From NCBI RefSeq assembly GCF_000090965.1, contig NC_008513.1:330001-362000 (forward strand): a stretch of 32,000 nt of DNA, written 5' to 3'. Origin of the DNA: Candidatus Saccharimonadota bacterium (lineage in GTDB: Bacteria > Pseudomonadota > Gammaproteobacteria > Enterobacterales > Enterobacteriaceae). Made by a program: the position numbers and the translations under genes. This document shows positions 17,242 through 30,030 of this stretch, piece after piece. How positions within the stretch are numbered: the first letter of the stretch is position 1; each line of letters opens with the position of its first letter. The notes below the pieces were generated by a model. It searched no databases, was not told where the DNA came from, and saw nothing but the letters and a program-made list of their open reading frames with translations.

Positions 17242-18672
17242 TTATATAAATCTATAATATGAAGAATAAGAATTATCTTCTACAATAACACCTAAACAAA
17301 ACAATTTTTTTCTAATAATGTCTGATAAATTCCATTGTTTTTTAGATCTATAAAAATTTCTCATATGAAACAATTTTTCAACTATAATTAATAAATCAGT
17401 TGATTTATTACAAAAATTATCTTTTAAAAAAAAATTTTTAGGATCATTTTGAAATAAACCTAAAATTTTTCCTAAATAAACTAAATCAGATGCTAAAATA
17501 TTAGCTAAATAAGTATTATTTTTTTTATTTTTGTAAATTAATTTTGATATTTTTTGCAAAATACTACATGCTTTGGGTGTATTAAAATCATCATTCATTG
17601 CACTAAAAAATTTTCTTTTTATTTTATTTCTTAAATGATATTCATAATCAATTTTTGTATTAATAGTTACAACACAATCTAATAAAGATCTATAAATCTT
17701 AATAAAAATATTTTTCATCATTAATAAATTTTTTTCAGAATAATAAAGTGGGTGTCTATAATGAGTAGCAAGAAAATACCATCTAATAATTTCAGAATCA
17801 TATTTTTTCAATAAATATTGAATAGAAACAGAATTAGAAAATGATTTTGACATTTTATGATTTTTATTAATAACCATACCTGAATGTATCCAAAAATTAA
17901 CAGAAAAAGAATTATTCATACTTTTTAATTGTGCTATTTCATTTTCATGATGAGGAAATAATAAATCAATCCCTCCTCCATGAATATCTACTACTCCATC
18001 TTTAAAAAAATTATTAATTATAGAAGAACATTCAATATGCCATCCTGGACGACCAGCTCCCCAAGGGGAAGACCAATTTGTACATGTATCTATTGATAAT
18101 TGATTACTATGTTTCCAAAGAACAAAATCATTAATGTTATTAATATAATTTTTTTCTTTACTAATAGTAGTAAAATTTTTTTCTGAACAATTAAACATTC
18201 TATTAGATAAAAATCCATATTCCTTAAAATTATTAAGTTTAAATAAAATATCTTTATTATCAGAAACATAAGCATAATTATTTTTTAATAATAACTTAAT
18301 AGAAGAAATAATATTAGATATGTGTTGTGTAACTCTAGGTTCTTGATCAGGTTTAATTAAATTTAAAGATAAAAAATCTTTATGCATTAATTTAATCATA
18401 CGATTAACTAGAATATGAATTGATTCATTATTTATTTTTGCTTTATTAATAATTTTATCATCAATATCAGTAATATTTCTTATATAAAAAGTATTATATC
18501 CTAAATATTGTAAATAACGTATGATAATATCAAATATAATAAATGTACGAGCGTGTCCTATATGACAAAAATCATATGTAGTGACTCCACAAACATAAAT
18601 ATTAATTTTCTTATTCAATAAAAAATCAAAAATTTCTTTTTTTTTTGTTAATGTATTAAAAATTCTTAACAT
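17242..18672 (-). CDS. cysS: Cysteine--tRNA ligase
   Basis: 476-aa ORF with the class I HIGH motif (CHIGHARTF), the KMSKS motif, and zinc/cysteine-site context GRPGWHIECS and HGGGIDLLFPHHENE. Confidence 0.97.
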   Translation of the reverse strand: MLRIFNTLTKKKEIFDFLLNKKINIYVCGVTTYDFCHIGHARTFIIFDIIIRYLQYLGYNTFYIRNITDIDDKIINKAKINNESIHILVNRMIKLMHKDFLSLNLIKPDQEPRVTQHISNIISSIKLLLKNNYAYVSDNKDILFKLNNFKEYGFLSNRMFNCSEKNFTTISKEKNYINNINDFVLWKHSNQLSIDTCTNWSSPWGAGRPGWHIECSSIINNFFKDGVVDIHGGGIDLLFPHHENEIAQLKSMNNSFSVNFWIHSGMVINKNHKMSKSFSNSVSIQYLLKKYDSEIIRWYFLATHYRHPLYYSEKNLLMMKNIFIKIYRSLLDCVVTINTKIDYEYHLRNKIKRKFFSAMNDDFNTPKACSILQKISKLIYKNKKNNTYLANILASDLVYLGKILGLFQNDPKNFFLKDNFCNKSTDLLIIVEKLFHMRNFYRSKKQWNLSDIIRKKLFCLGVIVEDNSYSSYYRFI

Positions 18673-18865
18673 ATAAATTCTCTTAACAATTATTTATTAT
18701 TTTAAGTATTTAAAATTATTAAAAAATTTTATAACAGTAGAAATTTAAAAATATTTAAAAAAATTTAATTTTTTTTAAATAAAATTATATAATTTTTTTA
18801 TAAATCCAATTAAATATAATATATAATATATAAATAATATATATATATACTATTCGGATATAAAA

Positions 18866-19129
18866 ATGACAAATAAATTAAAAAAAATGTTAAAATTCCC
18901 TTGTACTTTTACTTATAAAGTAATCGGATTAGCGCAACCAGAATTGACTAATAATATTATAAAAATTATACAAAATCATATACCTGGAGATTACGCACCT
19001 CAAATAAAATCTAGTAATAAAGGAACATATTTATCAATTTCTATAACTATTTGTGCTAAAAATTTTAAACAAATAAAAAATTTATATAATGAATTAAGCA
19101 AAATTCACTTAGTTAGAATGGTTTTATAA
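18866..19129 (+). CDS. ybeD: UPF0250 protein YbeD
   Basis: 87-aa ORF. LKFPCTFTYKVIGLAQPEL...PGDYAPQIKSSNKGTYLSISITI...LYNELSKIHLVRMVL aligns with E. coli YbeD (LEFPTPFTYKVMGQALPEL...[23 protein letters not shown]...LYEELGKIDIVRMVL). Confidence 0.93.
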   Translation: MTNKLKKMLKFPCTFTYKVIGLAQPELTNNIIKIIQNHIPGDYAPQIKSSNKGTYLSISITICAKNFKQIKNLYNELSKIHLVRMVL

Positions 19130-19137
19130 ATTAAATT

Positions 19138-19169
19138 TGCGATGCGGTATCATAATATTCCGCACCGCA
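19138..19169. terminator. G+C-rich hairpin between convergent ybeD and cspE; candidate bidirectional terminator
   Basis: tgcgatgcgg (19138-19147), a 12-nt loop, then ccgcaccgca (19160-19169): 10-nt arms with one mismatch. It lies 9 nt after the ybeD stop and about 48 nt after the cspE stop. Its composition is very unlike the surrounding DNA. The flanking U-runs are only modest. Confidence 0.5.
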
Positions 19170-19217
19170 AAAGTACTACTAAATCAATTAGTATAATAAA
19201 ACTTTTTTCGGTTTAAA

Positions 19218-19427
19218 TTAAACACTAACAACATTAGCAGCTGACGGCCCTTTTGCGCCTTCGGTAATTTCGAACTCAACACTTTGACCTTCTGCCAAAG
19301 TCTTAAATCCGTTGCTTTGGATAGCAGAAAAATGAACAAAAACATCTTTGCTTCCATCTTCAGGAGTAATGAAACCAAAACCTTTAGATTCATTAAACCA
19401 TTTTACATTACCTTTTATCTTGGACAT
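19218..19427 (-). CDS. cspE: Cold-shock-domain protein CspE
   Basis: The 69-aa [72 protein letters not shown] differs from my recollection of E. coli CspE at about 6 positions. RNP1 (KGFGFI) and RNP2 (VFVHF) are intact. Confidence 0.97.
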   Translation of the reverse strand: MSKIKGNVKWFNESKGFGFITPEDGSKDVFVHFSAIQSNGFKTLAEGQSVEFEITEGAKGPSAANVVSV

Positions 19428-19613
19428 CTATACATTACCTTAGAGTGAAAATATAAACTAAAAATTATACCTAAACATAATATATTATACATAGTAATAA
19501 AATATTTTACTAAAAAATCTTATTACTAAAAATAATTAAATTAAATAATACATTTACAGAATATAGATATAAATAAGAATATAAAAATTTTAAAAATATA
19601 ATTAAAAAAAACA

Positions 19614-19733
19614 AAAACTGGCAATGTCCTACTCTCACACAAGGAGACCTTGCACTACCATTGGCGTTGAAATGTTTCACTTCTGAGTTCGATATGGTTT
19701 CAGGTGGTTCCAGATCACTATGATTACCAGATT
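19614..19733 (-). rRNA. rrf: 5S ribosomal RNA (ends +/- 3 nt)
   Basis: The + strand reads ctggcaatgtcctactctcacacaaggagaccttgcactaccattggcgttgaaatgtttcacttctgagttcgatatggtttcaggtgg. This matches the reverse complement of E. coli 5S (CTGGCAGTTCCCTACTCTCGCATGGGGAGACCCCACACTACCATCGGCGCTACGGCGTTTCACTTCTGAGTTCGGCATGGGGTCAGGTGG). Confidence 0.95.
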
Positions 19734-19744
19734 TTATTTTTTTT

Positions 19745-19766
19745 AGAAAAACACCTCTGGTGTTGT

Positions 19767-19770
<4 letters not shown>
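19745..19770 (-). other. 3' half of the inverted repeat bracketing 23S (pre-23S processing stem)
   Basis: agaaaaacacctctggtgttgtaagg is complementary to 22689-22714 (accttacaacccacaggtgtttttct). Pairing is about 9 bp plus about 12 bp around a small internal loop, and it includes the terminal nucleotides of mature 23S. This is the geometry of the RNase III stem in enterobacterial rRNA operons. Confidence 0.6.
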
Positions 19771-22688
<2,918 letters not shown>

Positions 22689-22691
<3 letters not shown>

Positions 22692-22714
22692 TTACAACCC
22701 ACAGGTGTTTTTCT
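22689..22714 (-). other. 5' half of the inverted repeat bracketing 23S (pre-23S processing stem)
   Basis: This is the partner of 19745-19770; see that entry. Confidence 0.6.
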
Positions 22715-22824
22715 AAATTTTAATCATATTCAAATTTTTAAAGAACATAAAAACAAAACATATTTAAATTACAAAAAGATTATAACATATTTTTTTTTTT
22801 TAGTATAGAAAAATATTCAAATTT

Positions 22825-22896
22825 TGTCCTCTAGGGGATTTGAACCCCTGTTGCCGCCGTGAAAGGGCGGTGTCCTAACCACTAGACGAAGAGGAC
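22825..22896 (-). tRNA. tRNA-Glu (anticodon UUC)
   Basis: The reverse complement GTCCTCT TC GTCT AGTGGTTA GGAC A CCGCC CTTTCAC GGCGG CAAC AGGGG TTCAAAT CCCCT AGAGGAC A closely resembles E. coli tRNA-Glu (GTCCCCTTCGTCTAGAGG...CACCGCCCTTTCACGGCGG...AGGGGTTCGAATCCCCT). CCA is not encoded. Confidence 0.96.
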
Positions 22897-22930
22897 TAAA
22901 AATAAAAATTAATAAAAATATTAATGTATA

Positions 22931-22958
22931 ATAATACAGAATACACAAAAAGAGTCAA
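22931..22958 (-). promoter_or_regulatory. Candidate sigma70 promoter for the tRNA-Glu / 23S / 5S transcription unit
   Basis: The reverse strand reads TTGACT (22958-22953), a 16-nt spacer, then TATTAT (22936-22931), roughly 35 nt upstream of the tRNA-Glu 5' end. -10-like hexamers are everywhere in DNA this A+T-rich, so the support comes mainly from the rarer TTGAC and from the position. Confidence 0.35.
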
Positions 22959-23032
22959 GTTTTTTTATTATATTTTTAATAGATATTTTTTTATATAAAA
23001 AAATATTTAAATTATTTGAAATAAAAAAACAT

Positions 23033-23875
23033 TTATATAATAGATTTTAATAAATTAATATTTTTTTTAATGTTTGGTAGTATGTTAAACCATATATAAC
23101 ATGAATATGCTGCTTGTGCTACTAACATTCCTAAGCCATCAGAATATTTTCTACTACCTAAATCTCTACAAGTAGATAAAAAAGGGGTTAATTTTTTATT
23201 TTTTGAATAAGAAATATCATAACATTTTGTATTTGGAAATATCAAATTTTTTGGAAATTTAGGAGAGAAATTATATAACCCGCATGAAGTGGCATTAATA
23301 ATAATATCAAATTTTTTTGTATATAAATTTTTATCAAAAACAAAAATTTTTCCAAATTTTTTAAATTTATTTACTAAAATACATGATTTACTAATTGTTC
23401 GATTTAAAATAAAAATACAACATTTTTTTTTTAATAAATGATATACAATAGAATATACAGCTCCACCTGAACCTAATATTAAAATAAAAGAATTTTCTGT
23501 GATATATTTTAAACGATTTAAATCATAAATTAATCCAATTCCATCCGTGTTGTAACCAATAATATTATTATTTGAACTTTTTTTTAAAACATTTACCGAA
23601 TTAGAAATTTTTACATATTTAGTATTTTTATTTGAAATTTGAAATGATTTTTTTTTAAAAGGAACAGTAATGTTGCATCCAAAACCACCATTTTGAAAAA
23701 AATTTTTTACTATAACAAAAAAATTTGATTTTGTACATAAAAAAGAGTTATAATTATAATTAATTTTTATCTCTTTAGAAAAATTTTTATGTATTAATGG
23801 AGATAAAGAATGCTCTATGGGATTTCCGAACAAAGCAATATGAATTTTTTTTTCACAATATTTACTATTTTGCAT
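23033..23875 (-). CDS. aroE: Shikimate dehydrogenase
   Basis: 280-aa ORF with FGNPIEHSLSPLIH, NITVPFKKK (catalytic Lys), GYNTDGIG (catalytic Asp), LGSGGA, IINATS and DGLGMLVAQAA. Collinear with E. coli AroE. Confidence 0.95.
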   Translation of the reverse strand: MQNSKYCEKKIHIALFGNPIEHSLSPLIHKNFSKEIKINYNYNSFLCTKSNFFVIVKNFFQNGGFGCNITVPFKKKSFQISNKNTKYVKISNSVNVLKKSSNNNIIGYNTDGIGLIYDLNRLKYITENSFILILGSGGAVYSIVYHLLKKKCCIFILNRTISKSCILVNKFKKFGKIFVFDKNLYTKKFDIIINATSCGLYNFSPKFPKNLIFPNTKCYDISYSKNKKLTPFLSTCRDLGSRKYSDGLGMLVAQAAYSCYIWFNILPNIKKNINLLKSII

Positions 23876-24043
23876 TTTAAATTCCTAAAAATTTTAATAA
23901 AATCAAAAACAATAATATAAAAAAAAATTATTATATTTATATTAATAAATAGTTAATTAAATATTCTGGTAAATTAACTTAAAATTTAATAAAAATATTT
24001 TATTTATATAAATATTTATAATAAAATAATATAAATAATATTT

Positions 24044-24493
24044 ATGTCAATACGTAAAATACTACAATTTCCAGATTATCGTTTACGATTACTATCTAAA
24101 CCTATTAAGATTATAAATAAAAAAACAAAAAAAATAATCTATGATATGTTTGATACAATGTATGCTAATAATGGTATTGGGTTAGCTGCTCCCCAAATAA
24201 ATATTTTGAAACAAATCATTGTTATTAGTTCTCTAAAACCTACAATGTCTGAATTAGTTTTAATTAATCCAGTAATTTTAAAAAAAAATAAAAAATATAT
24301 AAATACAATTGAAGGTTGTTTATCAATTCCTAAAAAAACTGCTAAAATAAAAAGATCTAGTTGTATAAAAATACAAGCAATAAATACTTACGGAAAATCA
24401 TTTACATTAACAGCAAAATCATTGCTATCAATATGCATTCAACATGAAATAGATCATTTAATTGGAAAATTATTTATAGATTATATTAATTAA
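24044..24493 (+). CDS. def: Peptide deformylase, lacking the C-terminal helix extension
   Basis: 149-aa ORF with all three deformylase motifs intact: GIGLAAPQ, EGCLSIP and QHEIDHLIGKLF. It ends about 20 residues earlier than E. coli Def. Confidence 0.95.
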   Translation: MSIRKILQFPDYRLRLLSKPIKIINKKTKKIIYDMFDTMYANNGIGLAAPQINILKQIIVISSLKPTMSELVLINPVILKKNKKYINTIEGCLSIPKKTAKIKRSSCIKIQAINTYGKSFTLTAKSLLSICIQHEIDHLIGKLFIDYIN

Positions 24494-24528
24494 TACCAAA
24501 ATTTTCTATAATAATTATTATTAAACAT

Positions 24529-25485
24529 ATGTTAAAAAAAAAAACAAAAATAATTTTTGCTGGAAGCGATAAATTTTCATTAGCACATCTTCGATCATTA
24601 TTTTTTTCCCAAAATATTATTTCAGCTGTTTTAACAAAACCAGATAATCAATATTTTAAAAAAAAAAAAAAAGCATTTTCTTCTGTAAAAAATTTTTCTA
24701 TTAAAAATAAAATAAAAATATTTCAACCAAAAGATTTATATGAAGAAAAATTTTACTTAAATATTAAAAAAATAAATCCTGATTTATTAATTGTATCATC
24801 TTATGGAATGATAATTCCAAAAAAAATATTACAACTATTTCCTTTAGGAGGTATTAATGTACATGCTTCTTTATTACCAAAATGGAAAGGAGCTGCTCCT
24901 ATACAACGATCTATTCTTCATGGTGATAAAAAAACTGGAATTAGCGTTATAAAAATGAATTCAAAAATGGATTCTGGAAAAATAATTTATCAATTATCTT
25001 GTCCTATATATTATAATGATAATACTAAAAAATTATCTATCAGATTGATACCTATTTCTTTACAATGTATGTATCAAGCATTAAATATTATCTTAAGTAA
25101 AAAAAAAAAAAAATTTCATAAGCAAAAAAGAAATCAAGAAACTTTTGCATTAAAAATAAAAAAAGAAGAAGCAATTATTTCATGGTCACAAACTGTTATA
25201 GAAATAGATCGAAAAATTCGAGCGTTTAGTTTATGGCCGATTTGTAAATTTTTTTTTAAAAAATTATTAATACAAATTAAAAAATCATCAATTATTTCTA
25301 TTAAAAAAAATAATTTTAAAAATGGAGAAATAGTTAATATCACAAAAAAAGGAGTACAAGTAAATACAAAAACTGGTATATTAAATATAGAAAAAATTAA
25401 AATTCCAGGAAAAAAAACAATGTATATACATGAAATATTAAATTCAAGAAGAAAAATGTTTATTAAAAATAAAATATTAAAATAA
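24529..25485 (+). CDS. fmt: Methionyl-tRNA formyltransferase
   Basis: 318-aa ORF with IIFAGSDKFS, GGINVHASLLPKWKGAAPIQRSI (catalytic Asn/His), MDSGKI (Asp) and IRAFSLWP. It follows def, as in E. coli. Confidence 0.95.
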   Translation: MLKKKTKIIFAGSDKFSLAHLRSLFFSQNIISAVLTKPDNQYFKKKKKAFSSVKNFSIKNKIKIFQPKDLYEEKFYLNIKKINPDLLIVSSYGMIIPKKILQLFPLGGINVHASLLPKWKGAAPIQRSILHGDKKTGISVIKMNSKMDSGKIIYQLSCPIYYNDNTKKLSIRLIPISLQCMYQALNIILSKKKKKFHKQKRNQETFALKIKKEEAIISWSQTVIEIDRKIRAFSLWPICKFFFKKLLIQIKKSSIISIKKNNFKNGEIVNITKKGVQVNTKTGILNIEKIKIPGKKTMYIHEILNSRRKMFIKNKILK

Positions 25486-25522
25486 TTCTTCTATAATTAA
25501 AAATTATATATTTTTTTAAAAA

Positions 25523-25549
25523 AAAGAACGGCATAAAAATGCCGTTTTT
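25523..25549. terminator. Bidirectional rho-independent terminator between convergent fmt and rplQ
   Basis: Core stem aacggcat (25527-25534), loop aaaa, atgccgtt (25539-25546). It is preceded by an A8 run and followed by tttatttaa, so each strand sees a hairpin followed by a U-run. Confidence 0.65.
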
Positions 25550-25597
25550 ATTTAACTAATATATTAAAAAATAAATTATTTTTATAATATAAAATTT

Positions 25598-25960
25598 TTA
25601 AAAATTACGACCAACTAATTCTACATAAGCAATGATAGAATTATCACCTTTTCTAAATCCACATTTTAATATACGTAAATAACCCCCTGGACGAGAATAA
25701 AAATGTGGACCTAATTCATGAAATAGTTTTTTTACTGTAAAAATATCACGAACACGAGAAAATACAATTCGACGATTAGCAATCGTATCATATTTTGCTA
25801 TTGTAATAATAGGTTCTATAAAACGACGTAATTCTTTTGCTTTAGATAAAGTTGTTTTTAAATATTCATACTTTACTAAAGAACAAGTCATATTTTTAAA
25901 CATAGATTTTAAATGACTTCGTGTTCTATTTAATAATCGTCCAATTTTTCTATGTCTCAT
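25598..25960 (-). CDS. rplQ: 50S ribosomal protein L17
   Basis: 120-aa ORF beginning [24 protein letters not shown]..., collinear with E. coli L17 ([24 protein letters not shown]...). Confidence 0.97.
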   Translation of the reverse strand: MRHRKIGRLLNRTRSHLKSMFKNMTCSLVKYEYLKTTLSKAKELRRFIEPIITIAKYDTIANRRIVFSRVRDIFTVKKLFHELGPHFYSRPGGYLRILKCGFRKGDNSIIAYVELVGRNF

Positions 25961-25987
25961 AATTATTTCCTTTAAAATTTTAAAAAT

Positions 25988-26977
25988 TTAATCTTCTAAA
26001 AGACTTTTAGGTGGCCAATTATCTAATTTCATTCCTAATGATAATCCACGTGATGCTAATACATCTTTAATTTCAGTAAGTGATTTTTTACCTAAATTTG
26101 GAGTTTTGAGTAATTCTACTTCTGTTTTTTGTACTAAATCACCAATGTAATGAATGCTTTCTGCTTTCAAACAATTAGCAGATCGTACAGTTAATTCTAA
26201 ATCATCTACTGGTCGTAATAAAACAGGTTCAAATTCTGGTTTTTCTTCTTTAATTTCTGGCTCACGAACACCTCTTAAATCTACAAAAGCTTCTAGTTGT
26301 TGAGCTAAAATAGTAGCTGCTTTTCTAATTGCATCTTCAGGATCAATAGTTCCATTAGTTTCCATTTCTATAATTAATTTATCTAAATCAGTTCTTTGTT
26401 CTACCCGGGCAGATTCAACTGTATACATAATACGTTCTATTGGGCTATAAGTAACATCAAGAAAGAGTTTTCCAATAATATGTTCATTATCATAATTTTC
26501 TTTTCTAGATTTTGCTGTAATATATCCTCTTCCTCGTGTTACTTTCATTCTAATATCAATTGATGCATCCGAACAAGTAAGATTACAAATAATGTGTTTG
26601 TTATTTATAATTTCAGTAGAATTATCATGATTAATATCTTTAGCTAAAACTGGACCAATCCCGCTTTTTTTTAAATATAAAGTGACTTCATCTTTTCCAA
26701 ATAATTTTATTGATAAACCTTTTAAATTTAAAAGAATATCTAATATATCTTCTTTTACTCCTTCCTTATGCATATATTCATGTAAGATTCCATCTATTTC
26801 AACCTCTGTAACTGCACATCCTGAAATAGAAGATAATAAAATTCTTCGTAAAGCATTTCCTAAAGTATGTCCAAAACCACGTTCTAATGGTTCTAAAGTA
26901 ATTTTAGCATGTGTGGCACTAATTTGTTGAATATCAACTAATCTAGGTTTTAAAAAATCTTCTACAAAACCTTGCAT
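25988..26977 (-). CDS. rpoA: DNA-directed RNA polymerase subunit alpha
   Basis: 329-aa ORF, the same length as E. coli RpoA and nearly identical over long stretches ([96 protein letters not shown]). Confidence 0.99.
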   Translation of the reverse strand: MQGFVEDFLKPRLVDIQQISATHAKITLEPLERGFGHTLGNALRRILLSSISGCAVTEVEIDGILHEYMHKEGVKEDILDILLNLKGLSIKLFGKDEVTLYLKKSGIGPVLAKDINHDNSTEIINNKHIICNLTCSDASIDIRMKVTRGRGYITAKSRKENYDNEHIIGKLFLDVTYSPIERIMYTVESARVEQRTDLDKLIIEMETNGTIDPEDAIRKAATILAQQLEAFVDLRGVREPEIKEEKPEFEPVLLRPVDDLELTVRSANCLKAESIHYIGDLVQKTEVELLKTPNLGKKSLTEIKDVLASRGLSLGMKLDNWPPKSLLED

Positions 26978-27010
26978 TATTATTTCTCTCTTAATAGAAT
27001 ATATAAAATG

Positions 27011-27631
27011 TTACTTCGAATATAATTCTATAATTAAATGCTCATTAATATCCGAAGATAAATCATCACGTTCTATAGAACGTAAAAATACGCCTTCCAT
27101 GTTTGGATAATCTATACTTAACCAACTAGGTTTTTCTTTTTGTTTCATAATTTCTAAAGAAGCTTTAATTCTTAATTGATTTTTAGACTTTTTAACAACT
27201 GATATTTTATCATCAATAGATACTTGAAAAGAAGGAAAAGAAACAATTTTATTATTAACACAAATAGATTTATGATTAATTAATTGACGTGCTTCTAAAC
27301 GAGTAGTTCCAAAACCTAATCGATATACAATATTATCCAAACGACTTTCTAATAAAAATAATAAATTTTGTCCTGTGTTTCCTTTTAATTTTGATGCTTT
27401 CTTATAATAATTATGAAATTGTTTTTCTAATATTCCATATAAACGACGTAATTTTTGTTTTTCTCGTAATTGTTTTGCATATTCCGATAAACGCAATTTT
27501 CGAGATCCATGTTGACCAGGAGCTTGATCAATATTACATTTAGATTCAATAGTACGCACTCCAGATTTTAAAAATAAATCTGAATTTTCACGTCTACACA
27601 ATTTTAATTTAGGACCCAAATATTTTGCCAT
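27011..27631 (-). CDS. rpsD: 30S ribosomal protein S4
   Basis: 206-aa ORF beginning [24 protein letters not shown]..., containing [27 protein letters not shown]. Collinear with E. coli S4. Confidence 0.98.
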   Translation of the reverse strand: MAKYLGPKLKLCRRENSDLFLKSGVRTIESKCNIDQAPGQHGSRKLRLSEYAKQLREKQKLRRLYGILEKQFHNYYKKASKLKGNTGQNLLFLLESRLDNIVYRLGFGTTRLEARQLINHKSICVNNKIVSFPSFQVSIDDKISVVKKSKNQLRIKASLEIMKQKEKPSWLSIDYPNMEGVFLRSIERDDLSSDINEHLIIELYSK

Positions 27632-27664
27632 ATTAATATCTCTTTTAAAAACTTAAATAAAAAA

Positions 27665-28057
27665 TTACACTCTACGTTTTTTTGATGGACGACAACCATT
27701 ATGAGGAATAGGTGTAACATCTATAATATTTGTAATGCGAAAACCAGAAGAATTTAATGCTCGAATAGTAGATTCACGACCAGGACCAGGACCTTTTATC
27801 ATAACTTCTAAATTTTTTATTCCATAATCTTTTACACGATCTGCACATTTTTCTGCAGCTACTTGTGCGGCAAAAGGTGTCGATTTTCTTGATCCTCTAA
27901 ATCCAGAACCACCCGAAGTTGCCCAACCTAAAGTATTACCTTTACGATCTGTAATAGTTACTATAGTATTATTAAATGATGCATGAATATGAGCAATTCC
28001 ATCTAAAATTTGTCTTTTAATACGTTTTTTTGGTTGATTTAATTTTTTTTTTGACAT
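27665..28057 (-). CDS. rpsK: 30S ribosomal protein S11
   Basis: 130-aa [50 protein letters not shown]...[16 protein letters not shown] is nearly identical to E. coli S11. Confidence 0.99.
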   Translation of the reverse strand: MSKKKLNQPKKRIKRQILDGIAHIHASFNNTIVTITDRKGNTLGWATSGGSGFRGSRKSTPFAAQVAAEKCADRVKDYGIKNLEVMIKGPGPGRESTIRALNSSGFRITNIIDVTPIPHNGCRPSKKRRV

Positions 28058-28075
28058 AATAAATTATTTTTCCAA

Positions 28076-28435
28076 TTATCTACTTTTTATTAATTTTCTA
28101 GGACCTTTCCGAGTACGGGCATTTGTTTTTGTTCTTTGACCTCTAACTGGAAGATGTTTACGATGACGTAATCCTCTATAACAACCAATATCCATAAGTC
28201 TTTTAATATTAATAGTTTTTTCTCTACGCAAATCACCTTCTACTAAAAATTTTGATATTATTGAACGTAATGATTCAATTTTTTCTTTTGTTAAAGAATT
28301 AATTTTTACATCACATCTAATACCTATAGAAAAACAAATTTTTTTAGATAAAGATATTCCAATACCATAAATACTTGTTAAAGCTACTAAAATATGTTTT
28401 TTATCAGAAATATTTATTCCCGCAATTCTAGTCAT
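28076..28435 (-). CDS. rpsM: 30S ribosomal protein S13
   Basis: 119-aa [12 protein letters not shown]...ALTSIYGIG...VEGDLRRE...[38 protein letters not shown] matches E. coli S13. Confidence 0.99.
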   Translation of the reverse strand: MTRIAGINISDKKHILVALTSIYGIGISLSKKICFSIGIRCDVKINSLTKEKIESLRSIISKFLVEGDLRREKTINIKRLMDIGCYRGLRHRKHLPVRGQRTKTNARTRKGPRKLIKSR

Positions 28436-28466
28436 TCACACTACTCCAAGAGTAAATAGCATAAAA

Positions 28467-28491
28467 TATATACATTTAAAAAATGTATATA
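28467..28491 (-). other. Perfect 11-bp-arm hairpin in the rpmJ-rpsM spacer (spc/alpha operon junction)
   Basis: tatatacattt (28467-28477), loop aaa, aaatgtatata (28481-28491). On the transcribed (-) strand it is followed by TTTTAT and then the rpsM ribosome-binding site (GGAG, 9 nt before the ATG). The stem is made only of A/T pairs, so its stability and function are uncertain. Confidence 0.25.
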
Positions 28492-28534
28492 AAATTTTTT
28501 ATAATAAATAAATTTTTTTAAAAAAAAAACATTA

Positions 28535-28651
28535 TTATCCTTGTCTTTGTTTATGTTTTGGATCATTACTACAAATAACACGAATTATATTTTTTCTACG
28601 AATAATCTTACAATTACGACATATCTTTTTTACTGAAGCTCGAACTTTCAT
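28535..28651 (-). CDS. rpmJ: 50S ribosomal protein L36
   Basis: Not in the ORF track because it is too short. The reverse-strand ORF encodes [38 protein letters not shown] (38 aa), matching E. coli L36 ([37 protein letters not shown]). It lies between secY and rpsM, as expected. Confidence 0.96.
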   Translation of the reverse strand: MKVRASVKKICRNCKIIRRKNIIRVICSNDPKHKQRQG

Positions 28652-28686
28652 TACTTCTCCAAAATTAACATAAAAATATATAATTT

Positions 28687-29982
28687 TTAATTTTTTAAAT
28701 ATAAATGTGATTTTTTTAATATTTTTTTATATTGAGTTGACATCATTAATGTTTGTGTTTGCGTAATAAATTCTATTAAAACAACTACTACAATTAATAA
28801 AGAAGTACCACCAAAATTAAAAGGTACTTTAAAAAAGTAACGTACAATATCAGGAATTAAACAAATAAATACAGTATATATTGAACCAATAGTTGTTAAT
28901 TTAAAAACAATATTTTTAATATATTCTGCAGTCTTTAAACCCGGTCTAATTCCAGGAAGAAAAGCTCCAGATTTTTTTAAATTATTAGCAGTATCTTGAA
29001 CATTAAAAATTATATTAGTATAAAAAAAACAAAAAAATATTATTAAGATAATATTTACAATTAAATAAATACTATGTTTAAATTTTAAAAAATCAAAAAA
29101 ATATATTATTTTTTTATAATCGTTAAAAACATAACGCAAATAAGTTAAAAGTATTGATGGGAAAACAATTAAACTAGATGAAAAAATAACAGGTATTACT
29201 CCAGCCATATTTAATTTTAATGGTAAATAACTATGATGCGCAGTATACATTCGTCTACCTTGTTGACGTCGAGCATAACATACAATAATTTTACGTTGAC
29301 TTTTTTCTATAAAAACTACAATAAAAATTACAAAAAAAATAATTAATAGAAGAAAAAAAACATAAAGAAAACTAAAATTTTTAATTTTTATTAATTTATA
29401 AGTTCTTATAACAGAAGCTGGTAAACCAGATATTATACCTGAAAAAATAATTAAAGAAACTCCATTACCTACACCTTTAGTAGTAATAAGTTCTCCTAAC
29501 CACATTAAAAATATAGTACCGGTAACTAAACTAACAACCGCAATAATATAAAAATAACAATCTGCAAAAACTATAATATTTTTCATTCCAGGAAGAAATG
29601 GTAAACTAATTACTACTCCAATTGATTGTATAATTGAAAGAAAAAATGTAATATATTTTGTATATTGATTAATTGTTTTTTTTCCTATATCTCCTTCTTT
29701 TTTTAAATTACGTAAATATGAACTAATCAATGTTAATAATTGTACTATTATAGAAGAAGAAATATATGGCATTACACCTAAAGCAAATATTGAAGCTCTA
29801 TTTAATGATCCTCCTGAAAACATATTAAACATAGTTAATATAGAACTATTTTTATAAATAAAAAATTTTTCTAAAACTTGTATGTTAATACCTGGAATAG
29901 GAATGAATGAACCTATTCTAAATATCATTATTGCTATAAAAACAAAAAAAATTCTTTTTCGTAAATTATATAATGTAGACAT
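28687..29982 (-). CDS. secY: Preprotein translocase subunit SecY
   Basis: 431-aa ORF with [104 protein letters not shown] and [12 protein letters not shown]. Collinear with E. coli SecY, with an N-terminus about 11 residues shorter. Confidence 0.98.
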   Translation of the reverse strand: MSTLYNLRKRIFFVFIAIMIFRIGSFIPIPGINIQVLEKFFIYKNSSILTMFNMFSGGSLNRASIFALGVMPYISSSIIVQLLTLISSYLRNLKKEGDIGKKTINQYTKYITFFLSIIQSIGVVISLPFLPGMKNIIVFADCYFYIIAVVSLVTGTIFLMWLGELITTKGVGNGVSLIIFSGIISGLPASVIRTYKLIKIKNFSFLYVFFLLLIIFFVIFIVVFIEKSQRKIIVCYARRQQGRRMYTAHHSYLPLKLNMAGVIPVIFSSSLIVFPSILLTYLRYVFNDYKKIIYFFDFLKFKHSIYLIVNIILIIFFCFFYTNIIFNVQDTANNLKKSGAFLPGIRPGLKTAEYIKNIVFKLTTIGSIYTVFICLIPDIVRYFFKVPFNFGGTSLLIVVVVLIEFITQTQTLMMSTQYKKILKKSHLYLKN

Positions 29983-30030
29983 AGTATATTTTCTATTAAA
30001 AATGAATTGTTTAAATAAATAATTATATTT

